Positions 16,540-26,536 of a stretch of DNA of 64,000 nt are shown here, in pieces. Origin of the DNA: a virus; IMG/VR virus record IMGVR_UViG_3300044609_000960, positions 32,001-96,000 of that record. The stretch is one strand, 5' to 3'. Position 1 is the first letter of the stretch. Each line of letters begins with the position of its first letter. The position numbers and the translations under genes were made by a program. The notes beneath the pieces were generated by a model. That model was not told where the DNA came from and made no database searches. It saw nothing but the letters and a program-made list of their open reading frames with translations.

Positions 16540-16950
16540 ATGAAGCCTGAATTAATCGATGCTTATATGGATATTGCAGAAAGATTTGCTCAGGTTTCTA
16601 AATGTAATAGGCTTAAAGTAGGTGCTATAATTGTTAAAAACGGATCGATTTTGGCTCATGGGTGGAATGGAACACCTAGTGGATATAGGACTAATTGCTG
16701 CGAAGATGAGAATGGAGTAACATCTCCATTTGTTCTACATGCAGAGCAAAATGTCCTTGTTAAGATGGCAAAATCAACAGAGTCTATTGAAGGAGCCGAA
16801 TTGTTTTGCACCCATTCACCGTGTTCTGAATGCTCAAAGCTTCTTGCGCAGAGCGGAATTAAAAAGGTATATTTTAAACATAAGTATAGAATCACAGAAG
16901 GGATCGAAGTTTTAAACGCACTTGGTGTAGAGACTCAGGAGGTCCCATGA
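16540..16950 (+). CDS. cd: dCMP deaminase (ComEB / T4 cd family)
   Basis: S-x-C-x-RLKVGAIIV, GWNGTPSG, HAEQN and PCSEC zinc motifs. Confidence 0.92.
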   Translation: MKPELIDAYMDIAERFAQVSKCNRLKVGAIIVKNGSILAHGWNGTPSGYRTNCCEDENGVTSPFVLHAEQNVLVKMAKSTESIEGAELFCTHSPCSECSKLLAQSGIKKVYFKHKYRITEGIEVLNALGVETQEVP

Positions 16951-17309
16951 ATTTCAATACAGATGAAGAAAAACAAGCACTTAAAAACTCTCTGCTTAAT
17001 ACAGAAAACCTTAATGAAACCTTAGAGTGCTTAGAACATGTCCTAATTCATAGGACGCCTTTTGCTCTTTATGTTGCCACAGCTGATAGGGTGGATTGTA
17101 TGTGGATATTTGATCCAGATACAGTCTATGAGATGGTTGGAGGAATGGATAAATATATCTCTGTTTATGATGAGATGTTTCCTACTGACGAAGATAAATC
17201 GGTTGGTGTAGTATTTTTTATATTAAAAAAAGTCGGACCTTTATACTCGATCCGACTCAGTATTGAGATTATTGAAGAGATTATTGAAGAATTATACGAA
17301 AACGTTTAA
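16947..17309 (+). CDS. hypothetical protein
   Basis: 120 aa, acidic; AGGAGG SD; ATGA overlap. Confidence 0.65.
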   Translation: MNFNTDEEKQALKNSLLNTENLNETLECLEHVLIHRTPFALYVATADRVDCMWIFDPDTVYEMVGGMDKYISVYDEMFPTDEDKSVGVVFFILKKVGPLYSIRLSIEIIEEIIEELYENV

Positions 17310-18170
17310 TTTTTTAAGCGCAAAAATTACTTCATTGATCTTTTTTGCAATCAGTCTATTTATATCTCGTTTGTAAGAAGATCCGGCATTTACAGTTTTA
17401 TTTGTTGGAATAACAGCTAATTTTGTATCTGGAGTAGCAGTATCAAAAGCAGTAATTTGAAACTCTACATCAAATCCATTAGCATCTTCTGCAATAAATA
17501 TATCACCGAGATTTAACTCTCCGGTAAAATCTGTGCCACTTCCAGTAACAATACCACCAGATATACTAATAGTACCTGAATAATATAAAGAGTTTTGCTC
17601 AATCTCTAAAACGTCGATTGCTTCAGTTTGTGACTCTGGAGTCACTGTTTCTAACGCTAATACTCTAGACGCAAGAGTCTGAATATCTACATCATGGGTA
17701 TTAATTCTACTTGTTAAATCATTCTGATTGATTGTAAGCTCTTGAATTTTTTCCCTTTCATTACTAATGTTACTTTGCAAATTCTCCTCTAGGGTGTTAA
17801 TATCATCCTCTAGAAGTTGGAATGCCGTCTCAAGATTTGATATTGACGTAGAAGTTGCCTCTGAAAGAGCTGATTGAGCAGAGGCAATTGCAGTTGTAAA
17901 AATTCTTAAATCGCGGACTTTAGCGTATGTTCTGTCCGCAAAACGAACATTAACAAGTCCCATTTCAGTTGTAGGATCAACAGATTCTGCCAGGCTTACA
18001 CCAAGCTTTAGTCCAGTTTTAACCCCACTACCATCTTCGACAAAGATCGTTCCCTCAGTAGTTAATCCATCTTGGGAAAGAACTTCTCCAGTTGTTGAGA
18101 TTTCCTGCCTGGAGATATTTAATAACCCTCCGGCATAATCTTCGATAAAACGAAAACGTAAGTCAGCCAT
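17292..18170 (-). CDS. fibritin/whisker-like virion protein (neck motif, coiled coil, small beta domain)
   Basis: DPTTEMGLVNVRFAD neck-like motif; long heptad coil; GTISISGGIVTGSGTDFTGEL-x2-GD domain. Confidence 0.55.
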   Translation of the reverse strand: MADLRFRFIEDYAGGLLNISRQEISTTGEVLSQDGLTTEGTIFVEDGSGVKTGLKLGVSLAESVDPTTEMGLVNVRFADRTYAKVRDLRIFTTAIASAQSALSEATSTSISNLETAFQLLEDDINTLEENLQSNISNEREKIQELTINQNDLTSRINTHDVDIQTLASRVLALETVTPESQTEAIDVLEIEQNSLYYSGTISISGGIVTGSGTDFTGELNLGDIFIAEDANGFDVEFQITAFDTATPDTKLAVIPTNKTVNAGSSYKRDINRLIAKKINEVIFALKKLNVFV

Positions 18171-18978
18171 AATATTCTTTAATCAGAGATTCTTCAAGAT
18201 TAGTGGTAAAAAATGCGTACATCTGGGGAGGGATTATTGACACCGGAGGCGGATTGTCCCACAAAACAAGCCAATTGTTACATAGCAACATTCTGATCTT
18301 AGAGGCAATACGTCTATTCCCCCAGTCTATCTCAGTTCCTCTAAGATCCAAAACTGTCTCATAGGTTTTTCTAAACATCGAAAATTGTCTATTCGATGAA
18401 GATGTTTGCACTGGGCGAAAATCTCTGAGAAGTCTTTCCTGTAAAGTTGAAGATAAATTACAATTTTTAGCAATTAATGCCTTTATTCCTTTATTATTAC
18501 CAAGATTAATAACATCAAGGGCTTGACAATTTGAAATATTTAAAACTTCTAGATTTGGAGCATCTGTAATAAATACTCCTCTCATGTTTCTATTACCTTC
18601 AAGGTTTATATACTTCAACCTATTCCGCGTTAAATTAAAATTTGCGTGGACTAATGTATTCTTTTGGAGATTGATTTTTTCAATTTTAGGGTCTATGATG
18701 GTATTTGTTTTTGTATCTATCCAATGATCTTCCCAAGTTAAAATATCTTGGTTTGTTAATTTGAGTTCTTTTAGCGGACCATCATATCTGTCATCTATAT
18801 TAACCTCAAGCAAAAAAGAATCGTTCATTTGCTTGTAAAGTTTTGCTGAATTATTTACATAAGAACCAGAAGGATCTGGCATCTCAAAATAATTAAAGTT
18901 CTCAGGTGATTTAAGTCCGAACGATAATGTTTTTATGTCCTTTGAAGAAACTTTAAAAAATGAATGAAATTTTTTCAT
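18163..18978 (-). CDS. leucine-rich-repeat protein
   Basis: IEKINLQKN, LKYINLEGN, LEVLNISNC, LDVINLGNN, IKALIAKNCNL repeats. Confidence 0.7.
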   Translation of the reverse strand: MKKFHSFFKVSSKDIKTLSFGLKSPENFNYFEMPDPSGSYVNNSAKLYKQMNDSFLLEVNIDDRYDGPLKELKLTNQDILTWEDHWIDTKTNTIIDPKIEKINLQKNTLVHANFNLTRNRLKYINLEGNRNMRGVFITDAPNLEVLNISNCQALDVINLGNNKGIKALIAKNCNLSSTLQERLLRDFRPVQTSSSNRQFSMFRKTYETVLDLRGTEIDWGNRRIASKIRMLLCNNWLVLWDNPPPVSIIPPQMYAFFTTNLEESLIKEYYG

Positions 18979-21900
18979 TTCAGTCTGCCTCCAGCTAAGG
19001 TCTTAGGACAAAAACCTAGAAAATAATTACCTTCAAATGGTATAGAAAACTTCTTACATTTAATAATATTCATACAAATTTGATATTCAAATGGTGAATC
19101 GAATGTAGCGCAGTTAAATTCTGCGTTCTTTTCAAGTTTTGCTTTTATACCTTCAATAATTCCAAACTCTGTATTATTATACTCACTAACTTCTCCTCCT
19201 CCAGAATTAAATACCAGTGGTAATCCACCAATATTAGAAGAGATAGGTTCACCTCTATTTCCAAACCCTTCTATATCCGCGCCAAGTAATGAAACATATG
19301 CCGGTGGAGTGTTATATTCTGAAGTAGAAACAAAAGCCTTGGATGGCTTAAATTCTAAGAAAGACCCTAATGGACGATCTATTGAGATTGTTTGTGGAGA
19401 CAATCCAGGAACAGTTTTATATTCTTCTGGGAATAGAGACTTATTTATTTGATTAACACATCTTTCATCTGAATTTGCATATAATGCTTCGCAGTCTTCT
19501 CCACCAAATCTTCGACAAGAAGCTATTGGATCAAACGCAGAAAATAACTCAGCGGGGATGGGAAATTGATTGGAAGGTTTTTGGATATATGATACTCCTA
19601 ATACGTTAGATTGTATAGGGGAAGTTAATTCTTCATCTGCATATATACCTGGGACCTTGTATTCTATGGGTGAGACTATTAAGTCTTTTGGAGGAGTTTC
19701 GTAGGAAGTTGCAGGTTTCCAAGAAATATCCCTAGATAAATTTCTTGTGATGGCAGATGATTCATCAGTTTGATTAATTAGATTAATTAATTTATTCTCC
19801 TCTGCAAATTTAATAAAGTTATTAACTAGATTAGAAGTAATTGCTTTGGGGATCTGTGATAATACATTTATTTGAGGATTCTGAGAAAATAAAACCCGGT
19901 ATTGTTCTGGGGTTATTGAGTTTATTACTGGGATACGATTAGGTATTCTGGAGTTACCAATACCTGGAGATTCAAGAATTGGAGCATTTCCAGCAAAACT
20001 CTTGATAGAGATAATATTTTCTTCGTCAGAAGAGGATAATAATTGAGAAACAACATTACTCAACGACTCATATGTTTTATTCTGAGCATTTAATAACGTT
20101 TCTAATTTATCATTACCTTCAGATGTATATGTGTAATCAAGATTAGATTCGAAAATGATATTAATGATATCTGTTACTTCAATAATACTTTCTAATCCAT
20201 CTATGAGTGAAAGAATACCTATAGAAGATGTACTTGGACTCAACTTAAAATTATTTAGTTGTGATGAATTTTTGTAAAATCCTAACTTTATTCCTAACCC
20301 AGTTATATTAGCGTACTGAATAAACTTTGTAAAATTACCTCCATTAAACCCATCCAACATCTGCCCTAAAGGAGTTGTTGGGGACGTTGCACCTAAAATA
20401 GAAACTAATTCTTTACCTGTTAGACCTATGGATTTATCGTAGAGATGTCTAATCGTCTCTACCGACTGAATATTACCCAGATTATCTCCAAGTTCTTTTG
20501 TCCATTGTTTTAAGGCAATAGGAACTACTTTATTAGCCTGAGGATAACTTAAGTCTGGGGTTAAAAACGGATCCGAATAATTACCTTGTATTACTTGGTC
20601 TATAATTGGTTGCAGAAGTTCGATATTATCTTTTGACTTTATAATATTCTCTTGGCCTGATTGAAATAGATATGTAATCGACTCAAGAAGAGTGAGGTTA
20701 TTCTGCCCAAGTAACTTTGTAAACTTAATAAGTTGATTCGGATCGACGGCATATGTCAATCCGATCAATAATCCAACTAATTTTGGATATTGATTTATTT
20801 GGATATATGTTGCTTTTGATTTATCTTTTTGTGCAATTGCAAGAATATTCAGTAATCCGTCTATGTCTGATGTAGAATATAAGAATGAAAGATACGCATT
20901 AATACCATCTTCTCCCCCAATCTCATATATTAATTGCGATAACTCAAATCCCTTAAAGAAAGATTTAAGATCATTAGAATCTGAAAGTGGAGAAAAAGAT
21001 GTAATTAGTTCGGAGAAACTATTAGCATTTAATAAGCCATTAATCTCTGAATCCTTAAAACCTAATGATCTTAAGAATGAGATTATTGCAGTATTTTGGG
21101 ATTGGAACGATTTTGTCCCAATATTCGGTATATAAGAAAAGGAGGAAATACTTAACTTTTTAAGTGTATCTACAATTGTTTTTACTTGTTCGTTAATAAC
21201 ATTTGATACATTTAAGATAAACTCTAGAGACTTACCTGGCAGTTGAGTAAATATAAAAGTATTTGAGAGTCTTACATACGAGTCTATCAGATATCTAATA
21301 TTTCCAGAAAATCCAGGACCGACACCAGAGGGCAAGTCATTTAAAAATGGACTAGGAGGAAATATTCTTTGAATTTCTTTTAGTTGAGGCTCAATAGAAC
21401 CCAGACCTTCATACCCACTTAATTGACCCCTTGAATCTAATGAATTTAAAATAGATCCAGTTAAGTCACCTAAGTATAGGCATCTGTTATATAGAGTTTC
21501 TAAACCTGCTAGTAGAAGATCTATGCTAGGATTTATAGTATAACTATCTTTTTTAGATTTTGGCGTATAACGATCTGCTACTCCATTCCTAAACTGGACA
21601 AATATTGGATTATATGTAATTGTTTTTTGAGCAATATTAATCCCTTCTGGGATTTGTTGTCCATGGATAAAAGTCTTTAACTTTAAAAATCCCTTTAAGA
21701 AATTAAGTCCAGGGATTCTATTTGTTGTAATTTTTGATAAGAAAAGAACATCAAATCTTCCAAATGAAGTTTGATTATTGATTATTTCAAATGCGTTACT
21801 CTTATTACGTCCGTAAGCGCAAGCAAGAAGAAACTCTGAATATTTAGTAATATATTCCACACCACCAAGCACTGAACCTTCATACCCACCAAAATAATCG

Positions 21901-22865
21901 GTGAGAAGTTTCATTCGTTTGATTGTGCTAAATAAAGTTTTTCCCTCACCACCAAAAGTCGTAGTAAGAAGATCCTCATTTACTGATACTGGATCTGAAT
22001 ATTCAACGATCTTTGAGTCTGACGAGATAGCATTAATATCAAATCCATTATCTAAAAATCCTGCATAATACTGCTGGATATTTTTGTCGTAGATTTCTTT
22101 AAAAGTAGCTAATGAATTAAGTCTTTTAGAAGTATATTTTGTCCATTGTTCTTCTTCAAAAATCTCACGATTAGGAGAAGTTACATTCGAATTTAACTTA
22201 TATAACGAACCATTATAAATGATCAAATCATTATAAGTAATATTAATTCTATATTGTGATTTACCAATTTTTCCAGCTACCCTATTATATCCTAAGGGTG
22301 AGTATGAAGTAGCATCAGAAAGTTCTTTAAATACTTCCCAATATCGTTCTTTAGGAAATAAAGTATAAATTTTTCTACTATCTCTATTGATTTCTTTAGG
22401 TGAGAAAATAAATTGATCCTCTGAGTACTGATATTCTTGAGGTGTTTGTAAAATATCGAATACAGATGAAGATGAGAAAAAATTTATATCAGATACACTA
22501 GTTTTAATAAGTTGGCCATATTCTTTAATGGTACGTAAAAACTCAATGTATACTCCAGGCACTTCGTTTACATATGACTCAACTACTGAAATAATCGAGT
22601 CAAACAACTCAACTGGGTAAGGTTGACCTATCCCTACTACAAATAGTCCCTCAAGAATTATAGATTTTAATGGCTCTAGTAGTACCGGATCTCCATTCTC
22701 AATCCGATCAATAATCAAAGGTAGGAGTTGGTTGATTAGGGCTGATAACTCCTTTCGTTGTTTATCTGTATTAAACGCACCAAATTCTCTCTCATACAAG
22801 GAAAATCCTTGAGAGATGATTAATGGAATTCTCGGTTTTAGTAACTCTATGAAAGGAGAACTCAT
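18975..22865 (-). CDS. large AT-rich hypothetical late protein (1296 aa)
   Basis: Long ORF behind a GTTTAAAG; no family recognised; Cys cluster near the C-terminus. Confidence 0.8.
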   Translation of the reverse strand: MSSPFIELLKPRIPLIISQGFSLYEREFGAFNTDKQRKELSALINQLLPLIIDRIENGDPVLLEPLKSIILEGLFVVGIGQPYPVELFDSIISVVESYVNEVPGVYIEFLRTIKEYGQLIKTSVSDINFFSSSSVFDILQTPQEYQYSEDQFIFSPKEINRDSRKIYTLFPKERYWEVFKELSDATSYSPLGYNRVAGKIGKSQYRINITYNDLIIYNGSLYKLNSNVTSPNREIFEEEQWTKYTSKRLNSLATFKEIYDKNIQQYYAGFLDNGFDINAISSDSKIVEYSDPVSVNEDLLTTTFGGEGKTLFSTIKRMKLLTDYFGGYEGSVLGGVEYITKYSEFLLACAYGRNKSNAFEIINNQTSFGRFDVLFLSKITTNRIPGLNFLKGFLKLKTFIHGQQIPEGINIAQKTITYNPIFVQFRNGVADRYTPKSKKDSYTINPSIDLLLAGLETLYNRCLYLGDLTGSILNSLDSRGQLSGYEGLGSIEPQLKEIQRIFPPSPFLNDLPSGVGPGFSGNIRYLIDSYVRLSNTFIFTQLPGKSLEFILNVSNVINEQVKTIVDTLKKLSISSFSYIPNIGTKSFQSQNTAIISFLRSLGFKDSEINGLLNANSFSELITSFSPLSDSNDLKSFFKGFELSQLIYEIGGEDGINAYLSFLYSTSDIDGLLNILAIAQKDKSKATYIQINQYPKLVGLLIGLTYAVDPNQLIKFTKLLGQNNLTLLESITYLFQSGQENIIKSKDNIELLQPIIDQVIQGNYSDPFLTPDLSYPQANKVVPIALKQWTKELGDNLGNIQSVETIRHLYDKSIGLTGKELVSILGATSPTTPLGQMLDGFNGGNFTKFIQYANITGLGIKLGFYKNSSQLNNFKLSPSTSSIGILSLIDGLESIIEVTDIINIIFESNLDYTYTSEGNDKLETLLNAQNKTYESLSNVVSQLLSSSDEENIISIKSFAGNAPILESPGIGNSRIPNRIPVINSITPEQYRVLFSQNPQINVLSQIPKAITSNLVNNFIKFAEENKLINLINQTDESSAITRNLSRDISWKPATSYETPPKDLIVSPIEYKVPGIYADEELTSPIQSNVLGVSYIQKPSNQFPIPAELFSAFDPIASCRRFGGEDCEALYANSDERCVNQINKSLFPEEYKTVPGLSPQTISIDRPLGSFLEFKPSKAFVSTSEYNTPPAYVSLLGADIEGFGNRGEPISSNIGGLPLVFNSGGGEVSEYNNTEFGIIEGIKAKLEKNAEFNCATFDSPFEYQICMNIIKCKKFSIPFEGNYFLGFCPKTLAGGRLK

Positions 22866-22887
22866 CTGCTACACATACTTTTCTAAA

Positions 22888-22908
22888 CTTTAAACTTTGA
22901 GTTTAAAG
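22888..22908. promoter_or_regulatory. divergent pair of late promoters (GTTTAAAG minus 22888-22895; plus 22901-22908)
   Basis: Each is 22 nt from its ATG (22865 and 22931). Confidence 0.7.
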
Positions 22909-22930
22909 CTTTGAGACTTAAATAGATCCG

Positions 22931-23380
22931 ATGCAATCAAAAGTTTCTGTGCTCCTTCTTAAGGGTAAAAATGTCGATGAGATGTCCGACATGAATAAGA
23001 TGGCAGTGCATCTTGAGCAAATGCTCACAGAAAAAGATGGGGTGGATTTTAAAACTCGTCAAGGACTTACTGACCCATCGATAAAGTCTTCTGATTTTAT
23101 TGTACTTTGCGGATATGACTGTGGAATACTATCAGAACTTTTTAAGGCATTGAGTGTTATTGAAGGAATGGATGGAGATGAAGGTCCTATAGTCTTCTTG
23201 TATGAAGAACCAGGCGTGTCTGTATATGAGCGAATTAACTACATTCTGACCGAAGGAATGGATTTAAGGCGTATATCTCCAAAGGTTTTTAAGAAAGTTG
23301 TTGACACTACCTCCTACCGTGATATAATTGGGTATATCGACGTATCTTTGCGCAAACTTGGAACTGCAACAGCTGCTTAG
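22931..23380 (+). CDS. degenerate LOG/SLOG-like protein
   Basis: SDFIVLCGYDCGILSELFKAL...PIVFL...ISPKVFKKV resembles the LOG C-half, but PGGxGTxxE is altered. Confidence 0.45.
   Translation: MQSKVSVLLLKGKNVDEMSDMNKMAVHLEQMLTEKDGVDFKTRQGLTDPSIKSSDFIVLCGYDCGILSELFKALSVIEGMDGDEGPIVFLYEEPGVSVYERINYILTEGMDLRRISPKVFKKVVDTTSYRDIIGYIDVSLRKLGTATAA
23301..23328 (+). promoter_or_regulatory. consensus sigma70 promoter inside a coding region
   Basis: TTGACA (23301-23306), 16 nt spacer including TG, TATAAT (23323-23328). Confidence 0.65.
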
Positions 23381-24350
23381 TATTGCCACGGAATTGAGAA
23401 CAGAGCAGGGATCTCCATTGCTCTCAAGTGAGCTTATCCTTGAAAGGATTCTTGAGTACGATAAGTGGAAAACAGAAGCCACATTTAGTCACGAGTTACA
23501 ACTTGAGGAGTTAAGGCAATCATCCTCAACTCCACGTAAACAAACCGCATTTAAGTCCGATCCAGAATTCTCCGAAGAAGATAAAAAATTTAATATTATT
23601 AGTTCTTATGGAACATGTAATGAAAAACATCTAGGGCTAATATCTAAAACAAAGGTATGGGAAGGGGCTAATGAACGTTCCCTGAGGTTGTTTGAGAACT
23701 GGTATTCACACATCCAAGATAACAATATCCTTCCATTAAAAGACCTAAAAGAAGGGCGAATTAAAATGCTTCTTCTGGCATTTTTATGGGCTTCTGGATG
23801 TGCCCATAGGGCCCACAAATGGCCTGATGCTCCAGATATTTACTATATCGATGCTCTCAAAAAAGATCTAGAAGGACGATTTTCTAAATTCAGTAAGCAT
23901 AGTATTGTTGCAGCATATGAATCTCTTAAAATCTTTTGGAAAGAGATTAATGACTATGAACAATGTCCTTTTAACATCACTCTAATTGGCCATATACTCG
24001 ACGATGCTTATATCTATGTATCGGAAAAAGCTACCGAAGAGAATAAACTTGATATTAAAAATTCGCCGTTATTCTCTGAATTTGAAAAAGTTTTCCCCTA
24101 TGTCCCTTTGGAAATCTTGGAAAAATACTATACGAAAAATCGTAAGAACTTTGTAGCCGCTGGGGTGGCTGCTCTAAGAAAAGTTTTCACTACTAGACTC
24201 CCTGAGGAGTTAGAACACCGCTACTCAATCGGAGAATGGCCTAAAAAATGGCATCTCCATATCGCCACCTTTGAAGAAAAGTGGCAACAACAACTTTACG
24301 ATATCACTAATCAAACTCGCGAGGAGCAAAAACAATGGAAAAAGGAGTAA
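23358..24350 (+). CDS. hypothetical protein (~330 aa); start uncertain (TTG 23358 fits the promoter; ORF open from 23328)
   Basis: Long helical ORF downstream of the consensus sigma70 promoter. Confidence 0.7.
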   Translation: MELQQLLSIATELRTEQGSPLLSSELILERILEYDKWKTEATFSHELQLEELRQSSSTPRKQTAFKSDPEFSEEDKKFNIISSYGTCNEKHLGLISKTKVWEGANERSLRLFENWYSHIQDNNILPLKDLKEGRIKMLLLAFLWASGCAHRAHKWPDAPDIYYIDALKKDLEGRFSKFSKHSIVAAYESLKIFWKEINDYEQCPFNITLIGHILDDAYIYVSEKATEENKLDIKNSPLFSEFEKVFPYVPLEILEKYYTKNRKNFVAAGVAALRKVFTTRLPEELEHRYSIGEWPKKWHLHIATFEEKWQQQLYDITNQTREEQKQWKKE

Positions 24351-24526
24351 ATATCCTTACCCTAGGGCAAAATGTAATTGTCGAAGGAGCCGAAGAGGCC
24401 ATTGAAAGATATGAGAAGGGAGAAATCACTGCTGATGAACTCCGCGATATTATTCTCGATCTTGATGTAGTCTATATCGATCAGTCTAAGTTTAAAGATA
24501 AAAAAGATAATAGATCCTTAGAGTAG
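24335..24526 (+). CDS. small hypothetical protein
   Basis: 63 aa; GAGGAG SD. Confidence 0.6.
   Translation: MEKGVNILTLGQNVIVEGAEEAIERYEKGEITADELRDIILDLDVVYIDQSKFKDKKDNRSLE
24490..24497 (+). promoter_or_regulatory. putative late promoter GTTTAAAG (portal)
   Basis: Within the end of the 63-aa ORF, 37 nt upstream of portal ATG. Confidence 0.55.
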
Positions 24527-24534
24527 GTAATAGA

Positions 24535-26487
24535 ATGGCAGACGATCGCCCTTCGATAACAAAACCAAAGACCGGGTATTATGATAGATACTTTAGTCTT
24601 GGTGTGGGTCAGGGCGGCCTTGCGGGGTATAAGGCCGATCCTTATGCCTTTGCGGGTAATGGATACATCACAGGTGGCACGATCCTTCCTCGTCGTGATG
24701 ATATCCTTATTGAGGAAGGTGGTGGCGGGCCTCGAGCAATCGAGAAGTACATGCGGCTGTTTAACGACAGCCAAATTATCTCTGCGTGGGAAAAATTAAC
24801 AGGAGAGATCGTTCAGAGAAAGTGGGAGGTAGATCCTGCAAGTCCATCTGACCGTGATGAAGAGGTAGCAGAATTTGTCCGCCAAGTGCTTTATCGCATG
24901 GGGACAAATACTCGTCAGGCCTATGGCAAGGAGATGCTAGTTACATCTAACTCAGCATTTGATACTTTTATCCGAGGAATGTGTGAATCACTGATCCTAG
25001 GAATCAGTATCGGTGAGATCTGCTGGATGAGACAGGGAAACTACATCGTTCCTTCTGAAATTAAAATTAGAGACCCAAGAAGATTCCTCTTTGTACTCAA
25101 TGAAGATGGAACTATATCTCCGCGTCTTCTCACAGTGGAGAGTTCGGTAGAGGGTATTGCTTTGCCCCTCCGCTCCATGGTCATCCATAGGCACTGGTGC
25201 TATAGTAACTTCATGGATCCATATGGCACAGGACTTGGTCGCCAACTCTATAGCCTTGTGGAATTTAGACGGACTTTAATGTCCTTCTGGTTGCAATATG
25301 CCGATAAGCATACAACACCCACAGCAGTTGGTAAATTTAGCCTTGGCACCCCAGAAGACGAGGTAAATTCACTCTTTACTGCGCTCCAACGTCTTGGCCA
25401 AGAGACAGCCATCGTAATTCCTGATGAGATGGATATTAGTTGGCTTGAAAGTCAAGGCCGTTCTGAAGTGTATGAAAAACTCATCGAGTATGTTGATCAG
25501 CAGATTAGCTTTGTAATTAATGGAGAGAATACTGTTGGCCAAGAGACAGGAAATGTTGGTTCTTATGCCCGAGATCAAATCTCCGACTCGGTACGTATGC
25601 GTAAAGCTAAAGCGTTCTCAGAAGAACTTGATGAGACGCTCAATGCTACTCTTATACGATGGATTGTTGAACTTAATTATCCAGGGGCGCCTGTACCTAG
25701 ACTTCGTAGAAACTTTGATGATCTAGAACAACGTGAAGATCCAGTCAAGATTGTTCAAATGCTTACTCAACTCCAGGCTATAGGATACGAGGTCAAGGAT
25801 ATTGACTGGATGAGAGATAAACTTGAGATTCCTTCCTTAGCGAAGATGGAAATGAATCCGATGATGGGTGGTGCCCCAGGTGGAATGCCGCCCGGCGGAG
25901 CACCTCCAGAGGGTGGTGGTCAAGCACCGATGTCTGAGGACAAGAATCCAGAAGATGTGAAAAATGGTTCTATGGGAGCCTTCGGAGCCGATCCTAATGC
26001 CCATCTTGAGTTATTTGATTTCTCTGAATTCGATGAGGAAGGCGATCTTGAAGATGAGAGTCAGAAAGATAAGGTTGCTAAGATCATTGCCGCTAAATTT
26101 GATGGTGGTCTTGATGATGTTGGGTTCCAGAGAATTATTTCTACGGGTGACTCAGAGGCAGACGCATCTAACTCTAGGTATCATATTGATGAGTATACCT
26201 CGCCAGGTGAAATTGCTCATGCCGCACGAAGACTTATCGAAGAGATCAAAAAGGCTCCTTATATCTCTGTAGAAGACTCGATAATGAGTAGTTCATTTGA
26301 GATGGAACTTGGGCCTATTGAAGGTCAGATTAGAGTCGATATGGTGTCTGAATGTGATGTTGAAAAACTTATTGATCTATATTCTAAGATTTACAGACTA
26401 GATCGTAAAGTGGTATATAAAGAATGTGTAGTGGTGGATTGCCAGAAGGCTGGGTATTGGAAGTATTTTGCACCATATTTTATGTAG
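24535..26487 (+). CDS. portal protein (DUF935 / Mu gp29-like) with C-terminal extension
   Basis: DSQIISAWEK, GISIGEICW, DPYGTGLGRQLY, FWLQYADKH-x-TPTAVGK, GSYARDQI, TLIRWIVELNY motifs. Confidence 0.88.
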   Translation: MADDRPSITKPKTGYYDRYFSLGVGQGGLAGYKADPYAFAGNGYITGGTILPRRDDILIEEGGGGPRAIEKYMRLFNDSQIISAWEKLTGEIVQRKWEVDPASPSDRDEEVAEFVRQVLYRMGTNTRQAYGKEMLVTSNSAFDTFIRGMCESLILGISIGEICWMRQGNYIVPSEIKIRDPRRFLFVLNEDGTISPRLLTVESSVEGIALPLRSMVIHRHWCYSNFMDPYGTGLGRQLYSLVEFRRTLMSFWLQYADKHTTPTAVGKFSLGTPEDEVNSLFTALQRLGQETAIVIPDEMDISWLESQGRSEVYEKLIEYVDQQISFVINGENTVGQETGNVGSYARDQISDSVRMRKAKAFSEELDETLNATLIRWIVELNYPGAPVPRLRRNFDDLEQREDPVKIVQMLTQLQAIGYEVKDIDWMRDKLEIPSLAKMEMNPMMGGAPGGMPPGGAPPEGGGQAPMSEDKNPEDVKNGSMGAFGADPNAHLELFDFSEFDEEGDLEDESQKDKVAKIIAAKFDGGLDDVGFQRIISTGDSEADASNSRYHIDEYTSPGEIAHAARRLIEEIKKAPYISVEDSIMSSSFEMELGPIEGQIRVDMVSECDVEKLIDLYSKIYRLDRKVVYKECVVVDCQKAGYWKYFAPYFM

Positions 26488-26496
26488 TATGGCTTA

Positions 26497-26504
26497 GTTT
26501 AAAT
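26497..26504 (+). promoter_or_regulatory. putative late promoter GTTTAAAT (tail tube)
   Basis: 32 nt upstream of ATG 26537. Confidence 0.55.
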
Positions 26505-26536
26505 ATACATTAGATATAACGTTTAGTTATCCCACC

